A DNA stretch of 64,000 bases. It comes from Chrysomallon squamiferum. Lineage: Eukaryota; Animalia; Mollusca. The translations under genes and the position numbers were made by a program. Shown piece after piece: positions 1 to 41,864 of the stretch (its first letter is position 1; each line of letters begins with the position of its first letter). The notes under the pieces are model-generated. The model searched no databases. It was not told where the DNA came from and worked only from the letters and a program-made list of their open reading frames with translations. The stretch is taken from assembly GCA_012295275.1 (NCBI GenBank), contig CM022671.1:12338001-12402000 (forward strand). The letters run 5' to 3'.

Positions 1-209
1 GTTTCATGAAAGAGGTTATTAGAAAAAAAAAGAAAAAAAGACAGTACATCCAACCAAAATATAACAATAAATAATTATTAAAAAAAAAAAATAATAATAA
101 TAAAAATTAAAAAAAGAAAAACGACGAAGATGACGGCAAAAATAATTAAAAAAAAAGTCTATTTTGAATAATCTTCCATTATTTTTCACATCTAGATTTT
201 CTTTCTCCA

Positions 210-235
210 CTCAAAACATTCACTGATGTTGAGCC
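210..235 (-). promoter_or_regulatory. Iron-responsive-element-like hairpin in the CA 3' UTR
   Basis: The minus strand reads GGCT-C-AACAT-CAGTGA-ATGTT-TTGAG: C, a perfect 5-bp stem and a CAGUGH loop, about 80 nt after the stop codon. The lower stem is imperfect. Confidence 0.35.
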
Positions 236-313
236 ATTAAGTCAGAAATTAAATCTAGGTGTACTGTCATGAAAATGAACAAACGGGGTGTATGCATTAA
301 CGGTTAATAATTA

Positions 314-28449
<28,136 letters not shown>

Positions 28450-28533
28450 AATTCTTCTTCTGCTAATTTTCCCCTCCGTTTCCACTAAGAGTATTGAAGG
28501 TTTTCTTAGACTTACAGCGCGTACAGACTCTGC

Positions 28534-28621
28534 GGGGCGTGGTTATTGTAACAGAAAGACCGCCCTTCAGTCACGTGACGCGTGTGTTTACCATTCATTA
28601 TTTCACTAAAGCACTACCAAT
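28534..28621 (-). promoter_or_regulatory. Proximal promoter of the carbonic anhydrase gene (GC box, palindromic E-box/CLEAR, CCAAT)
   Basis: A locally CpG-rich patch 85-170 bp upstream of the ATG contains GGGGCGTGG (28534-28542), GTCACGTGAC (28570-28579) and CCAAT (28617-28621). Confidence 0.6.
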
Positions 28622-30344
28622 CACGTTTTAGTCTATCTGCTTACAAGATCTCTAAAGACTGGGTATCTTTCTGACTAACAGTGTTTATATTAACGAAGTT
28701 TGGGGGGTTTGTTTCTTATTTTATTTGCTGCATGCATGAAGCTATATTCAGAATAAAAACTTCAATATTTCTTTCTTCTTTTTTTTTCTTTCTAGGGTTT
28801 CTTTCCCTGTTGGATATCATGTATTATCATGTAAAGTAAAGATATAATTATTTTCTTTTTCTGTGCGTCTAGCAGATACCCAATCTTTCAATTATGTACT
28901 CGGTTACAAAACGTCTGCCTAGCACATACTGGGAACAAATCCCGGTAATGACTTTCTCGTTGTGAGCCTGTAGGACGCTGACACTGGCTTGAAATACCCG
29001 GATAAAGTGTTTGAACCGTCACTGGATTACAGAGATTTCAAAAAGTTCACTAGCTCACTATCTTAGAGGAGATGGAATGAATTTTGCTTCATTATTAAAA
29101 ACATCTAAAATACGTTTAGAGTGCACAAGCTCAGCTAGTCTGTCATGTGATTTTGACCAGGTAGAAAATGGAACGAAAGCACGCTAAAGGTGAAAAGCTC
29201 AGTGTCCCTACCGTCTTGTTATTCTATTAGAAATTATTGAACAAAAAAGTTTATATTAATTAAAAAAACAACAAAACAACAACAACCAAAAAAAAAAAAA
29301 AAAAAAAAACAACAACACATAATTACTTGAAAAGTTTTCCTTCTGAATATAAGTAACTGTACACGTGAGTCAGTTTTACGTGCACATCAAACAGCCCATC
29401 TGACTGTTTACACATATGCAGAGAATTACATTTTCTATCTGAAGTTAATTTAAATTTATGAAATGCCTGATTTAGTTAAATTATCACATCCTGCCCGTTT
29501 AAAAAAATAATAATAACAAAATTAAAAAATTAAAAGTAATAAAAAATAAACTTTTTTCCTTATTCAAATACTGACACAAAGCATCAACTACTGTAATAAC
29601 ATCGATAACAGCAAAAACAACACCAGCAGCAACAGTATTAATAACGATGATGATAATAATAAGAAATAAAAAACAAAGTAGAATGTTGAAAATTATTATT
29701 AAGAATAGTTACGAATTTAAATATTATTATCCTTTATCCTTTAACTTAATCTAATAATAATATCATTATTGTTACAAGTTCTATATTTTACTTTAGAAGG
29801 ATAATAACAGTTTAAACACTTAAGAACAAAGACAATAAAATATATATATATCTAAAATAAAAATTTTTATAAAGAAGTAATTAAATGTACAAAAACACTA
29901 GATTTGTTGTCATAAATAGTTTCCAGTGCTTGCTGAAATAAGAAACGTACGGAGAAATAGGAAGAAGGTTTTTTTTTTAGGTTTTTTTTTTTAGTCTGAA
30001 CAGTTCCTCAGAGAGTTGTCTCCACTTGTTAAAATGAGGGGGGATTAATAAAAGTGAAAAAGAAAAACGAAAAGAAAAGAAGTTATATAATTTTTATTGA
30101 TTTTAACTTTTCTTTATGAATGCGACTAAGCAGCTCATGTTTAGGCGTCTGTTCATGCACACGCGAATGTTTGCGTGAAAATGAAATAATTTTTTAGAGG
30201 ATTTATAAAATTAAAAATTTAAAACAGACTGAAAACTACAAAAGAATTTACGCTGAGAAAAGTCGTTACATAAAGAGAAATGAAAAGACAACAACGTTTA
30301 AGCGAAAATAAATTGCAGCAAAATGTTCTTGATAGTTTTTAGGT

Positions 30345-30395
30345 TTACAGGTTCTGCACAGAGACTGATAAATTATTAGAGAGAACGACACTTGA

Positions 30396-30465
<70 letters not shown>

Positions 30466-30610
30466 GATCTATATTTTTTCCATTATTTTATAAGATCGGC
30501 AAGCTCATTATATCAGGAACGGATCATGGTGACTGTGTTTAAACAATATACTCATTAGTTACTTTTTTGCTTTGCGTTTTAATTAATTCCGATTCATGTT
30601 TATGTTTTAT
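30345..30610. repeat. Diverged third copy of the (GA)n-containing right end of the duplicated block, in the SLC13-B 3' UTR region
   Basis: GATAAATTATyAGAGAGAACGACA-(GA)n-CTATATTTTTT...TCGGCAAG...TGTGTTTAAACAATATACTC...TTTTAATTAATTC aligns with 27455-27750 on both sides of the (GA)n. Confidence 0.85.
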
Positions 30611-30644
30611 TATATTGTTACTTAGATTTAGGTTTATAAGTCAG

Positions 30645-32446
30645 TCATAAACTAATACCGGATGTCGTTTTAAGTGATAGTTCTTCTAACTGCGTTGTTT
30701 GATTCAGAGTGAGTTGTTTCATTTCAGTGTACATGAGCTCAGCCCAGGAAGGAAAACTACCCAGACGAAAATACGCCGTTCCCCACGTGTTGATAGCCAC
30801 AGTCACCAGTAACACGTTGACGATATTTAAAACAGCTCCTGTTTTTATCTGGATAGAAAACGAAAAAGAAATGAGAATTTATGGATAAATTCATGGAGTG
30901 ATATGAGCTATTCACATCCTTCAGTTACCCCAGCATTAATTACTGCAGTTCTATATGAAACTTGAATTTTAAAACTTGTTTCTGTTTGTTTTCTCTGTCA
31001 TTGTACGCTATCTGTTTGTGCAGTGATAATGTAGTGAATGAATAATGTGTTATTAACTGTCTGATATTAAAGCATAATTTAAAAGAGTTCGGTAATAAAT
31101 ATAAATACAATATATAAACAGTTCTGTCAGTTCTAATTCATATTAACTTTCCTTCATAACTGCAATATAACGATTAGTAAAGGTATTTTGATTCTGTCTT
31201 CATGAAATATCTGACTTAATGTGTATACTAAAAACAATACATTTCTTTTTCTTTTCTCTTTCTTCCTTCCTTTTTTACTTTTAGTTTTTTCTCCTTCTTT
31301 TCTTTTTTCTTACTTTCTTCTTTAAAAAAAAAAAAAATGTACTTACCATATCGATAACTTTTATGTCACCATACGCAAAGACGAGCGTGTTTGGAGGAGT
31401 AGCAACAGGAAACATGAATGCAAATGATGTTGAGACTGCTGAAGGTAACATGAAGTATAAAGGATGCACTCTCATAGAGATGGCCTGAAACACACACATA
31501 TATTGACTATATCGCTCTCACAGTATGAATATTCGATGCTATAGCAATATTAGCATGTCAGATAGAGCTAAAAAAACAATTCCATCCATCAGTGTAACAT
31601 ATTTTCTGACACACACACACACACACATAAACGTGATAATGTATTATTACTAAAAGTACTGTATCAACAACAAATAAAAGTCACTTTAAAATATACTATT
31701 GCTGCTACTGCTGCTTCTGCAGTAGCTACTATCATCATTACTACTACTACTACTACCTTTGTTACTATTATTACTACTAGTACTATTACTACTTTTAATA
31801 TTTTCTCCAACAATGTATAATAAAACCAGTGACAGTATTATGTAACTCAAATTCTTACAACATCAGCCAGTATTGGCATGAATATGGTCGCTATGACGGT
31901 GTTACTAGTTATTTCTGTTGCTAAACACGTGATGGTTACGACAACAAGACCAGCCAACCAGACTGGCAGATTTCCAATGATTGACAGCTGCAGTGCCACT
32001 GCTCGAGACAAGCCAGATATCTATGAGAACAAAACTCAGTTTTAAATTTAGGTAAACTGGTGAATGATCATGAGTAAATTGGTGAATGAGTTCATAAAAA
32101 ATCAAATAAAAGACTTCCATCAAGTTCTAAATTATGTTTAAGTGATAATTCTGCAGTGTTTGCACATTGCCAACGTGAATATTTTAGGCATATTTAAGAA
32201 TTATTTTACAAAAATCTACGATTTAATCATAATAATAATTAAACAAAATAAAAAATAAAATAACAAACAAACAAATAAACAAATATATAAATAAATAAAT
32301 AATTTAATTGGCAGTATTATTTTCACCTGACATGCTTCCGCCATTGCATATCCACCACCAATAAGAAAGATAACTCCCCAAGGAAATGTCCTACTGACCT
32401 CTGACCATTGCAGGACACTAGGCGTCTCCACCGGAATACTAGTATC

Positions 32447-32482
<36 letters not shown>

Positions 32483-35400
32483 ACTTCCTAAAGCTGAAAA
32501 ATACTGATGCGAGGAAAATCAGGCAAAGCCTGACTGTTACTATTAATATAAAATTATTTCTAAACAAATAATCTTCTTCTCATTATCATAATTTCCATCT
32601 TCTTCTTCTTCTTCTTATTGTTTTATTATTACTGTTATTGTTATTATTATTGTTGTTGTTATTATTATTACTTTTGTTGTTAACATAACTTTATTATATT
32701 GCTTGTTTTTTTGTTTTTTAAATCACAATAATGTATAACAGAAAATTCTGGATTCCACCTCTTTTCTGGCGGAAGAACCACGTGTTTGGTCGCTTCAGGG
32801 GAAACATAAAAAGACTAATGGACATCATAATGGCAGGAACCGAACCAGAAACAAACCTGTGAATCACAGAATAGTGAATACTAATCAAACATATCAGTTA
32901 ATTTAAAAGTTGGATATTATAAATTTAAAAAGAAATAAGCGTCTGTTTAATTTTAATTACAGAAAAAAAAAATTGCTCACGAATCATGTTAATAAAAACT
33001 GTTAAGATTTCTCTTTAGATATCAATGATAAGTTGCACGCATTAATAGATAAAACTACGACTTTGGTCTACGTAGTACTTAAATTGCTTCTCTATCATAG
33101 TGACACAACTTTACAAAATATTTTAAATATTATTTAACAGTCATTTTATACATAAAACATTACGTATTCTTTACATGTATCCGGTTCCGTTGACGTGTGC
33201 GTGAATGTGTGTGTGGTTGTGTGTGCGAGTGCGTGTCTGTGCGTGCATGTTGCGAATGTATGTTCTATGTAGGTACGTATACATATATGAGAAAGGGAGA
33301 GTGAGAGAGAAAGACCGTTCTGTTTAAGAGAAATATCATTTACGGACATTCAAATATAGTAATTTAAAACTAACCCTTTGTTAAAAAGATCCGCATAGCC
33401 TTTAACGAAACCAGGACTTCGAGTAACCCATAAAATGACTAATAGCAAAAAGTGACACAAAACCACCTTCTCTCCGAAACTAGAAAATAGTTATTTTGAT
33501 AGTAAATACATCTTAATAATTAAAATTTCCACCAGGTTAATAAATATTTGTTTATTTCTTTTCTTTTCCTTTCTCTCCCTGTTTGTTCTTCTTTTTTCTT
33601 TCTTTTTTTTTTTTTTTTTTTTTTTAAATTTCCTTTTATTTTATATTATTTTTTCTGACAGGATTAATGTTTAACGTTTTATATAAAAACAACTGAACCT
33701 ATCTTTTAGACATTTTGTGTACACAATAGGGTGAATTAACAGTCAACCTATTATCATAAAATGAATATTTCTCTTTGTTTAAATTAATACAAATATTAAA
33801 TAGGATTTGAAGCTTTAATAACGATGAATATTAAAATAGGAACAATATTGTAATATATACTACAATTATCACTACAACTTCTACTGATGTTGCTGCTATT
33901 ACTAATACTACTGCTATACTACTACCACTACTACTACTACTACTATTACTATATTTAAAAAACAAACCTAAAACTACCCAGTTTATCATATTCTCTTCGA
34001 ACATACTCAATGGCGTTTTTTTCTGCTTCGCTATCCATTTTCTTGGTTTGGAAAAACGTTTCCCTGAAAAGTTCACAGTAATGTTTTATGATCAATAAAC
34101 CTTTTTAGTTATTAACTATACTAATTCTTTATCATTCAATAAAAAGAAAATTAAAATTAAAAAAATTAAAATTACCCAGTTTCCTAGATTAGTCCTAAAC
34201 AATCTAATTTCACAAGGTTTAATCTGATTTACAAGAAGAAATCTTGCAAAAACCGCTTCCAAATGCTTCACATTGTGGTTTAGTCCAAAAAGAAGAGGAA
34301 TTATTTATTAACACCAAAGCATGTAAATCATCTCGACTGTTAGGCAGTAAAGGAACTATACAAATGACTGATATCTGTATTAATTCAAATAGAGGTATAT
34401 GTCACTTACAGATAAAATAATAATTACCTTGGACCAAGAAAAATAATTTGAACCCACAGCCAGACTAGAAAAATGCCAATAGCTGCCACAGGGACAGAAA
34501 ATATCATCCATGAAGTGAAAGTAACAACAGAATTTCCTCCTTCAAGTCTGATATAAAAACAATAATTTCATTTCGCTGTTTTGTACATAGGTTAACTGGT
34601 GTGTAAACTTGGACAGTTTAATGATATTTTCTGATATTTGGTTAAGGGCGAATTTATTAAACAAATTAAATTAACAGTATTTTATTTAATGTACAACAAC
34701 AGTTTTATTTACCATTTTGTTACAAAACTTCACATAAGAGAATTTAATATAGTTTTTTTTACATTACTGACAAACACAACACACTGTATATGTTATTATT
34801 AAGAACAGTTACGATTTTAAATGTTATTTGTTTGTGTATGTGTGTTTACATTTACAAACACATACACGCATACGCACACATGGACACACACAAATATAGA
34901 TAGAATTCTCTCAATGAAATTAATCAAAATCATCAGTAACGTACTTATCTGCATAACCTTTGGCCACCATGTTTGGTCCTGTACCTGTCAGAGTCCCGAT
35001 ACCTCCACAGTTCGCAGAATAACAGACACACAGACACACAGCCTTTAACATATTTTTTGATTCTTGATTTAATTTTGAAAAATCTACTTCATCGTTGTCA
35101 ACGTTGTTCTTTTCACAATCAGTATTAACATTCGTTATTCCATATTTCGGCATACCACTGAAACTATAACCATATAATTTATAAAAAAATATGCTGAATA
35201 TAAATTTAAAAACATAAATGTAAGTTAAAACATGAATAAATTAAAACGGTTAAAAAACTGTTTTGTCACAAACTTTTTAAAATTGCTACTATGCGATTGC
35301 TGCTACAACAAAAGCAACTAGTACTACTATTAATTTACTGTTATATTACTAATACTACTAACACCATTACTAATACTAATACCACCAAAGTCTAATTTTC

Positions 35401-35656
35401 TTATTAAAAAATATAAAATTACTACCACTACCACAGTTTCTACTTTTGCTAATACTTCTACTGTTATTATTATTCATATCACTAATAATAAATCAATAAA
35501 CAACAAAAACAACAGCAACAATAATAATATACTTTGTTGTTTTTTGTCCAGTTTCTTCTATTACTATATCAATAGTTTTTTCCTTGTCATTCGGTTCGGT
35601 GTTCTTAACGAGAAGATCTGTTAGGAAAATGAAATAATTATTACTTTTTATAAAAA

Positions 35657-35751
<95 letters not shown>

Positions 35752-35810
35752 CGGTGTTCTTAACGAGAAGATCTGTTAGGAAAATGAAATAATTATTACT
35801 TTTTATAAAA

Positions 35811-35903
<93 letters not shown>

Positions 35904-37696
35904 CCTTTATTTTGCATGATGATATAACCAAGTATTTAGATGTTTCATCGGTAATCACAGACAACTGGATATGTGTTTTCTGATAGAAAATACCGATGTA
36001 AAACTAAGACGATGAACTGATCTTCGTCTAAAATGAAATCAATATAGTCTATCGTCTTTGGTTTAAAATCGGTTTTTTCTGTCAGTTTATTTATTGTTCA
36101 GGTGAAGGCAGATCGATTACATAAATCTTTTGATCTAACTTAAAAATATATATTTACGATATAATAACAATTAACTCTGAACACTTTTCTTTAAATTGAG
36201 AAACTCATCCTAATTCATTGTTAATTGAATTTCACCAACCCATCCCATTGTTGTTATCATAAATGATTCTTACTGTGTATTCCAGGCTGAGGAAACAGCT
36301 GAAAGGCATGTCTACAGAGGGACAATCGTTAACCTATGTCAGATGAATAACCCGATACTGAATTCAGTACATACAATACAAGTGTATTAGCTTACATACA
36401 TAAACACACACACGCGAAGCATGTCAAATATGTGCATTCTGTGTGTGTAATTGTCTTATAATAATTACTCTGCAAAAAGCATAGTAATCCTAGAATTAGT
36501 AATACAGATATCATTATATAATATTTCGTTCTAGTTTTATCTTCTTTTTTTCAGTGCAGTAAACCTCAAAATATTCTACAGTCGTGTGCAACATACAGAA
36601 CTTTGGTCGCCGCATCACACACTGTATGTGTTTTAAATATATGTTCACATCTTGTTATAACCTTTTTATTACTGTTTTTATTGATTACCTCGTTTATTAA
36701 CCAGAAGTAATAGCTTTAGATTAGTTAATGTCTTCAGTTTGTGTATTCAAAATAACCAAGCTAGTAATGATTACTGTTTTCGAATTTATAATTTTTTGTT
36801 CTTACAATTACACTAAATCTATTTGTAATGTCTATATATCTATCTCTCTCTGTCTCTATCTGTCTCTGTCTCTATATCTATATTTATATCTATATCTATC
36901 TATCTATCTATCTAGATACCGAGTATAATTATAAGTATGTATACATACATACAAACACATATAGTTAATTATTTGAAAAAGTAAAACAGAAAATAGATTA
37001 ATTAATCTGTGCGTGTATGTGTGTGTGTCAATGAGTAAATTATCGTTTTTTTTAAAGTTATATGTAGCCATAACATTGTGAAAATACGCTGAAGTAAGTT
37101 ATAATAAAATAGACAGAATAATACCATCAGTGTAACACCACGGGACAAAATGAAAAAAATCTACGAAAGTAAAAAATAAAAAAGATATAATGAATTAATA
37201 GTTCAAAAATAACAATACCAAGAAAGAAATCAAACAGCAACAAAAAGAAAGAAACAAAGAAATTACAGACAGAAAACACACACACTCACACAAAATATTG
37301 CCAAAAACAAAATAAAACTAAAACAAGAACAAAGAGATCACACATACAAAAAAAAAACACCCCCCCCACATTCTTTCACTTTCTTTTTCCGCACTGTTAA
37401 TTACAGGAATTCTTCGAGTCTTAAAAACAGCTTCAAGTAAGCAGTGTTGACGTTTGTGTTTCCTATGTAAAACTGTTATTGCATACTGAATACACGAGCC
37501 TGAGATACACATTAACTAAACATGTGTGTGTATGATCACAAACCCGTAACGTGTTCGTGCGACCTTGACACGGTCAGCTCGCAAACTAGCGAGTTTGTCT
37601 CGCTCTTATAACAATCGCACTGTCAGTCTAGCTGAAAAGTATTTATGTACACAGGCTGTTTTGAGAGATTGATAAATTATCAGAGAGAACGACATT

Positions 37697-37763
<67 letters not shown>

Positions 37764-39356
37764 CTGATAAATAAACGGTAAACATCTGTACCACTGTCAG
37801 CCGAGTCGCTGTTTAGAGACTGGATTTTGAAGAGTCTGGCAAGCAGCGATCTAGCTATGGGAATCATCATCGCCGTCGTCGCCGTATTGCTAATCCACAT
37901 CGACAGAAAACCCGTGCCTATTGCAAATGCTAGTAAAAGTCTGATGAAGATGAAGGAAGGTATTTGTAATTATATTAGCTGGATCATAAGGAGATACATA
38001 TATATATATAAATATGTACACAGACAGCCTGATCAAAATCCCTTATGATATTTACATATTTTTTTATGAACAGTAATAAAATCTTTAGAACAGCTTCATT
38101 TAATCTGCCATAGCACCCTGTTTTATAGTTAAAAATCAGCGATAGACAGGATATTGCAAATTTATCTTTGTCATTAATCTAGAAAATGTAGAAATAAATG
38201 ATTCTAAAAATCTGAAATTTTATATTAATTTCTCTCCTTTATACAATGATACTTTCATTCGTTATTTCTTTCTTTCGTTCTTACCTTTTTGGTCTGATGC
38301 CAAATACCAGTAACAGCTTGAGAGCAAATCTCCTGTGCAGCTTACACTTCTCGATCGCAAGAGCCACTATGAGGCCGCCCATGAATAAAAATATCGTATC
38401 CTAGTAGTAACAACAGCAAAGACACTTAGTAACAAACTCCTTTCAATTTTCAACATTAAATACGTAGCTAACAATCCCTTTTTAAATCAGTTTACTATTA
38501 ATTCTACCACGACAGACAACTGTTACTATCACTACTGCTGCTACTACTACATCTTATGACAATGATATGCAGTCAGCATCATTTTACAAATGGTTCAGAT
38601 CACGACGATTGAAATTATATAAAAATGAGGGAAAATTATTATAAATAAATAAATAAACTGTGAACCCAAACAACTTTAACAGCGACACTGTTGGATATAC
38701 TGTTAAAAAACTAGTTAACAGACTGCGTTTTGTGCAACGAATGTATAAAACCAAATTATATTCGTACACTACCTTACAGTACATAGGAGTCAGTTTTTTG
38801 GCAGGTGCTACTCCAAGGAGAGGGTAGAGAACTACTGGGAAAAGTGAGGTTACTGGAAGAGGTAGCGACTCTGTGATCCAGTACACTGACATCAGTAGTA
38901 AACCAAACGCACATCGAGATTCCTGAAACAGTTAAATTTGTATAAAGTGAACGCATATCCTACAATACATACATACATATATACATATATACAAACATAC
39001 GTACATACATACATATATATATATTTTTTTAAATTGTATTTTCCCGTTCCAGCCATACTTATATTATAGATTTATCAAAGAATATGTTTGTATTTTTCCA
39101 CCTATGAGAAGGTGAATAGAAAAGATTATTTATAGCTTATTAAAATTATACAGTGGATTGTGACAGAAGCTTTATTGTTTGGTATCTTTATTTGTCAAAA
39201 CCCATAATTATCTTCGACGTCTAATTTATTCATTAACTCTAAACAAACCGTGGACGATCCTGGAAGTATTAAAGGTATTAATATGAGTGGTGTTAAAACA
39301 ATCACAAGCGTCTTTCTTGTTGCTTTTATTTGCGACAACATTGTCATTGTCTTCAT
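30645..39356 (-). CDS. SLC13/DASS Na+-coupled di/tricarboxylate (or sulfate) transporter, copy B, 620 aa; exons 39356-39249, 38922-38773, 38400-38285, 37940-37792, 35617-35533, 35157-34945, 34547-34428, 34063-33968, 33479-33375, 32856-32759, 32445-32327, 32020-31859, 31484-31347, 30848-30645
   Basis: 14 GT-AG exons summing to 1863 nt in frame. Family motifs YWITESLPLPVTSL, FLFMGGLIVALAIEKCKLHRRFAL, SMWISNTATTAMMIPI, GGIGTLTGTGPN, PWGVIFLIGGGYAMA, TEITSNT, HPLYFMLP, FAFMFPVATPPN, NTWGTAYF. An in-frame TGA lies just upstream of the ATG. The exact subfamily (SLC13A2/3/5-like) cannot be assigned. Confidence 0.94.
35659..37759. repeat. Segmental duplication copy 2 (in SLC13-B intron 4)
   Basis: Matches copy 1 apart from a few substitutions, microsatellite length changes and the absence of ~30 bp (25631-25660) and ~60 bp (~27115-27175). 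Confidence 0.95.
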
Positions 39357-40365
39357 TAATCACCAGTGTACAATGTCTTTGGTAAATCCTCGTAAAGAAA
39401 GAAAGAAATAACTTCAGTTAATAGTCACTTAATATTAAACAGATAAAGTACTGTATTTAACGATTCCTTGTATTATCATCCACAACACTGTAAAATTGTT
39501 CATGTCGAGAAATGTTGGTAGAACAAAAGCATGTAACTACTGAAGACTTGTATCTCCTTTGCACGCATAAAGTGAACATAGTTAATTTAAGGACCAGATC
39601 CAAGGATTTCCGAAAAAGGGATGATTATTTAGAATTTCCTAAAAGTGGGTGAAATCTTTCTGAATGATATACTTTCAAAATAAAATGAGTTTCATTATAA
39701 CAAAAACACACACTCACATACATTAAAAAAGAAAAAAGAAATAAAAAATTAAAAAGAAATAAAAAAATAAAGCCTAAAAAAATAAATAACCTAATTGAGG
39801 TTTAAAGAATGGAGTGCTGATAGAGAATTTCAGAAAAGAGAAAGCAGACCTTGTTGTGATAATAAATTTCGATGTAGATTATTTCATTATAAACAAAAAA
39901 GAAAGCATTTCGGAAATTATTTTTAGTAAAAAAACCGTCAAAAACAAGAAGAAAATACAAACTGAGGGTAGATCTTACCCCACCCACAACCCTGACTCAG
40001 AATGTGGCTTTTCATAAAGACATTTTCACGTCAGATTAGTTAGCTGATGGGGAATCACGTCTAGTCATGCCATAGACATTGTCATACTTATTACTTATTA
40101 TAATGAAAACAGCATCGAAAGGCTCCATTGTGATCTAAATTAAAGAAATAATAAAGTGTAAAAGGTTTACGGTTAACGAATGTACTATTTTTATTTTATT
40201 AAATTTTTCCTTACAGTCTATTTTTGTTAATAGTTGTTATTGTTGTCCTTATGTTATTGCAGTTCTAACATCAGTGAAAATTAATATCATTAACTGCAAA
40301 TCTCAAACCATTCTATAAGTATTTTGTCATACCACTATGATTCATGTTAATAGTACTAGTAATAA

Positions 40366-40397
<32 letters not shown>

Positions 40398-40953
40398 CTT
40401 CAGTTCTGTATCCTTTCTAACACACTAGCACCTTTTAGGAGAAAACTCGAAATCTAGAAATCCTAAACAATCATAACAATGACAACAGGTTCATTACAAG
40501 CTGAAATTTAGAAATATAGTTTTCTATCTCTGTGTGTGGTGTGTGTGTGTGTTTGTGTGTGTGTATGTAAATGTGTGTATGTGTGTGGTTACGAACAGCT
40601 ACCATACCAGTGATTCTCGCATCTCCTTAAAAATACAGTCATTGATGATATATCGTCTATTCCTTATTTTCTATAGTTACTTCATCTAGATTTTCTATTG
40701 CTTCAGTTTGGAAAGTTTTACTTCTGCTTAATTCTATTACTGCTTCTGAAAATACTGCTGCTATTACTGTTACTACTACTACAGCTACTACTGCTGCTAC
40801 TACTTCTATTACCAGTAACAGTACTACTCCTACTCCATTTCTTCTGCTGTTGCAAACGCATTTCCACTCTAATAACTTCTTTGTTTTCTAATTAGCATGA
40901 ACACTGACTTTCTTTCTTGTTTTATAATTGTCGAAGTGAAAAGATTTCTCTAG

Positions 40954-40986
<33 letters not shown>

Positions 40987-41240
40987 AACAACAACAGCGA
41001 TGGTAATAATGATGTTGACGATGATGACGACGACGATGATGATAGCAATAATGATATTAATAATCATCACCTCATTCAATTTTTTCTCTCTCTGTGTTCA
41101 CTGATTAACAAATTAAAAAAGAAAAAAGAAGAACCAACAAAAAATGAAAAATAATCCAGCATGTTTCGAAAAATAATAAAAGTGAACCATGCAAAAAACA
41201 AGAGAGAAAACAATTACACAGGGACTGTTAAACACCATCC

Positions 41241-41287
<47 letters not shown>

Positions 41288-41824
41288 TAACAAAACAACA
41301 ACGACAACGACAACAACAACAATAATAACCATATAATAATATTTTGAATAACCTATCAAATATTCTCGTCTTTGGACATGTAAACGACACACACACACAT
41401 TCTTACAATCGGTAAAATAGAACACGACAAATAAATTAGCCTTTACGCCCGTCCTAATCTGAAAACATTCTTGTTTAATGGACTAATCACAGATCTTGAG
41501 TTGACTTCACAGCGATGTAGCCATGACTACGTTTTTTAAACTGTTCAGTTGTTCCGCGCCATTTGCCCACGCGCTGCATTCTTACAAATTGTGCGCATTC
41601 GTGAGCATCGGAAAAGCGCACGACAATTTCGAGATCGGGCAAGGCAAGTCAATTAGAGCTTTGGGAAAGGCTTGGTTGCTTCTTCGCAACACTTCGAGCA
41701 ATTTAAATACATTGCCATAACATTAACACCAACCAAAGAACTTTTTCTACATTATCATCATGGGATAGAGACCTGACTGATAGGTTTTAAATGTAATTTT
41801 CTAGTCTATTTTTTTTTTTTTCTT

Positions 41825-41864
<40 letters not shown>

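Noticed and set aside
28450-28485. N-terminal extension METEGKISRRRI of the CA from the ORF track
   Set aside because: It starts at a GTG; the first ATG (28449) directly begins a typical signal peptide.
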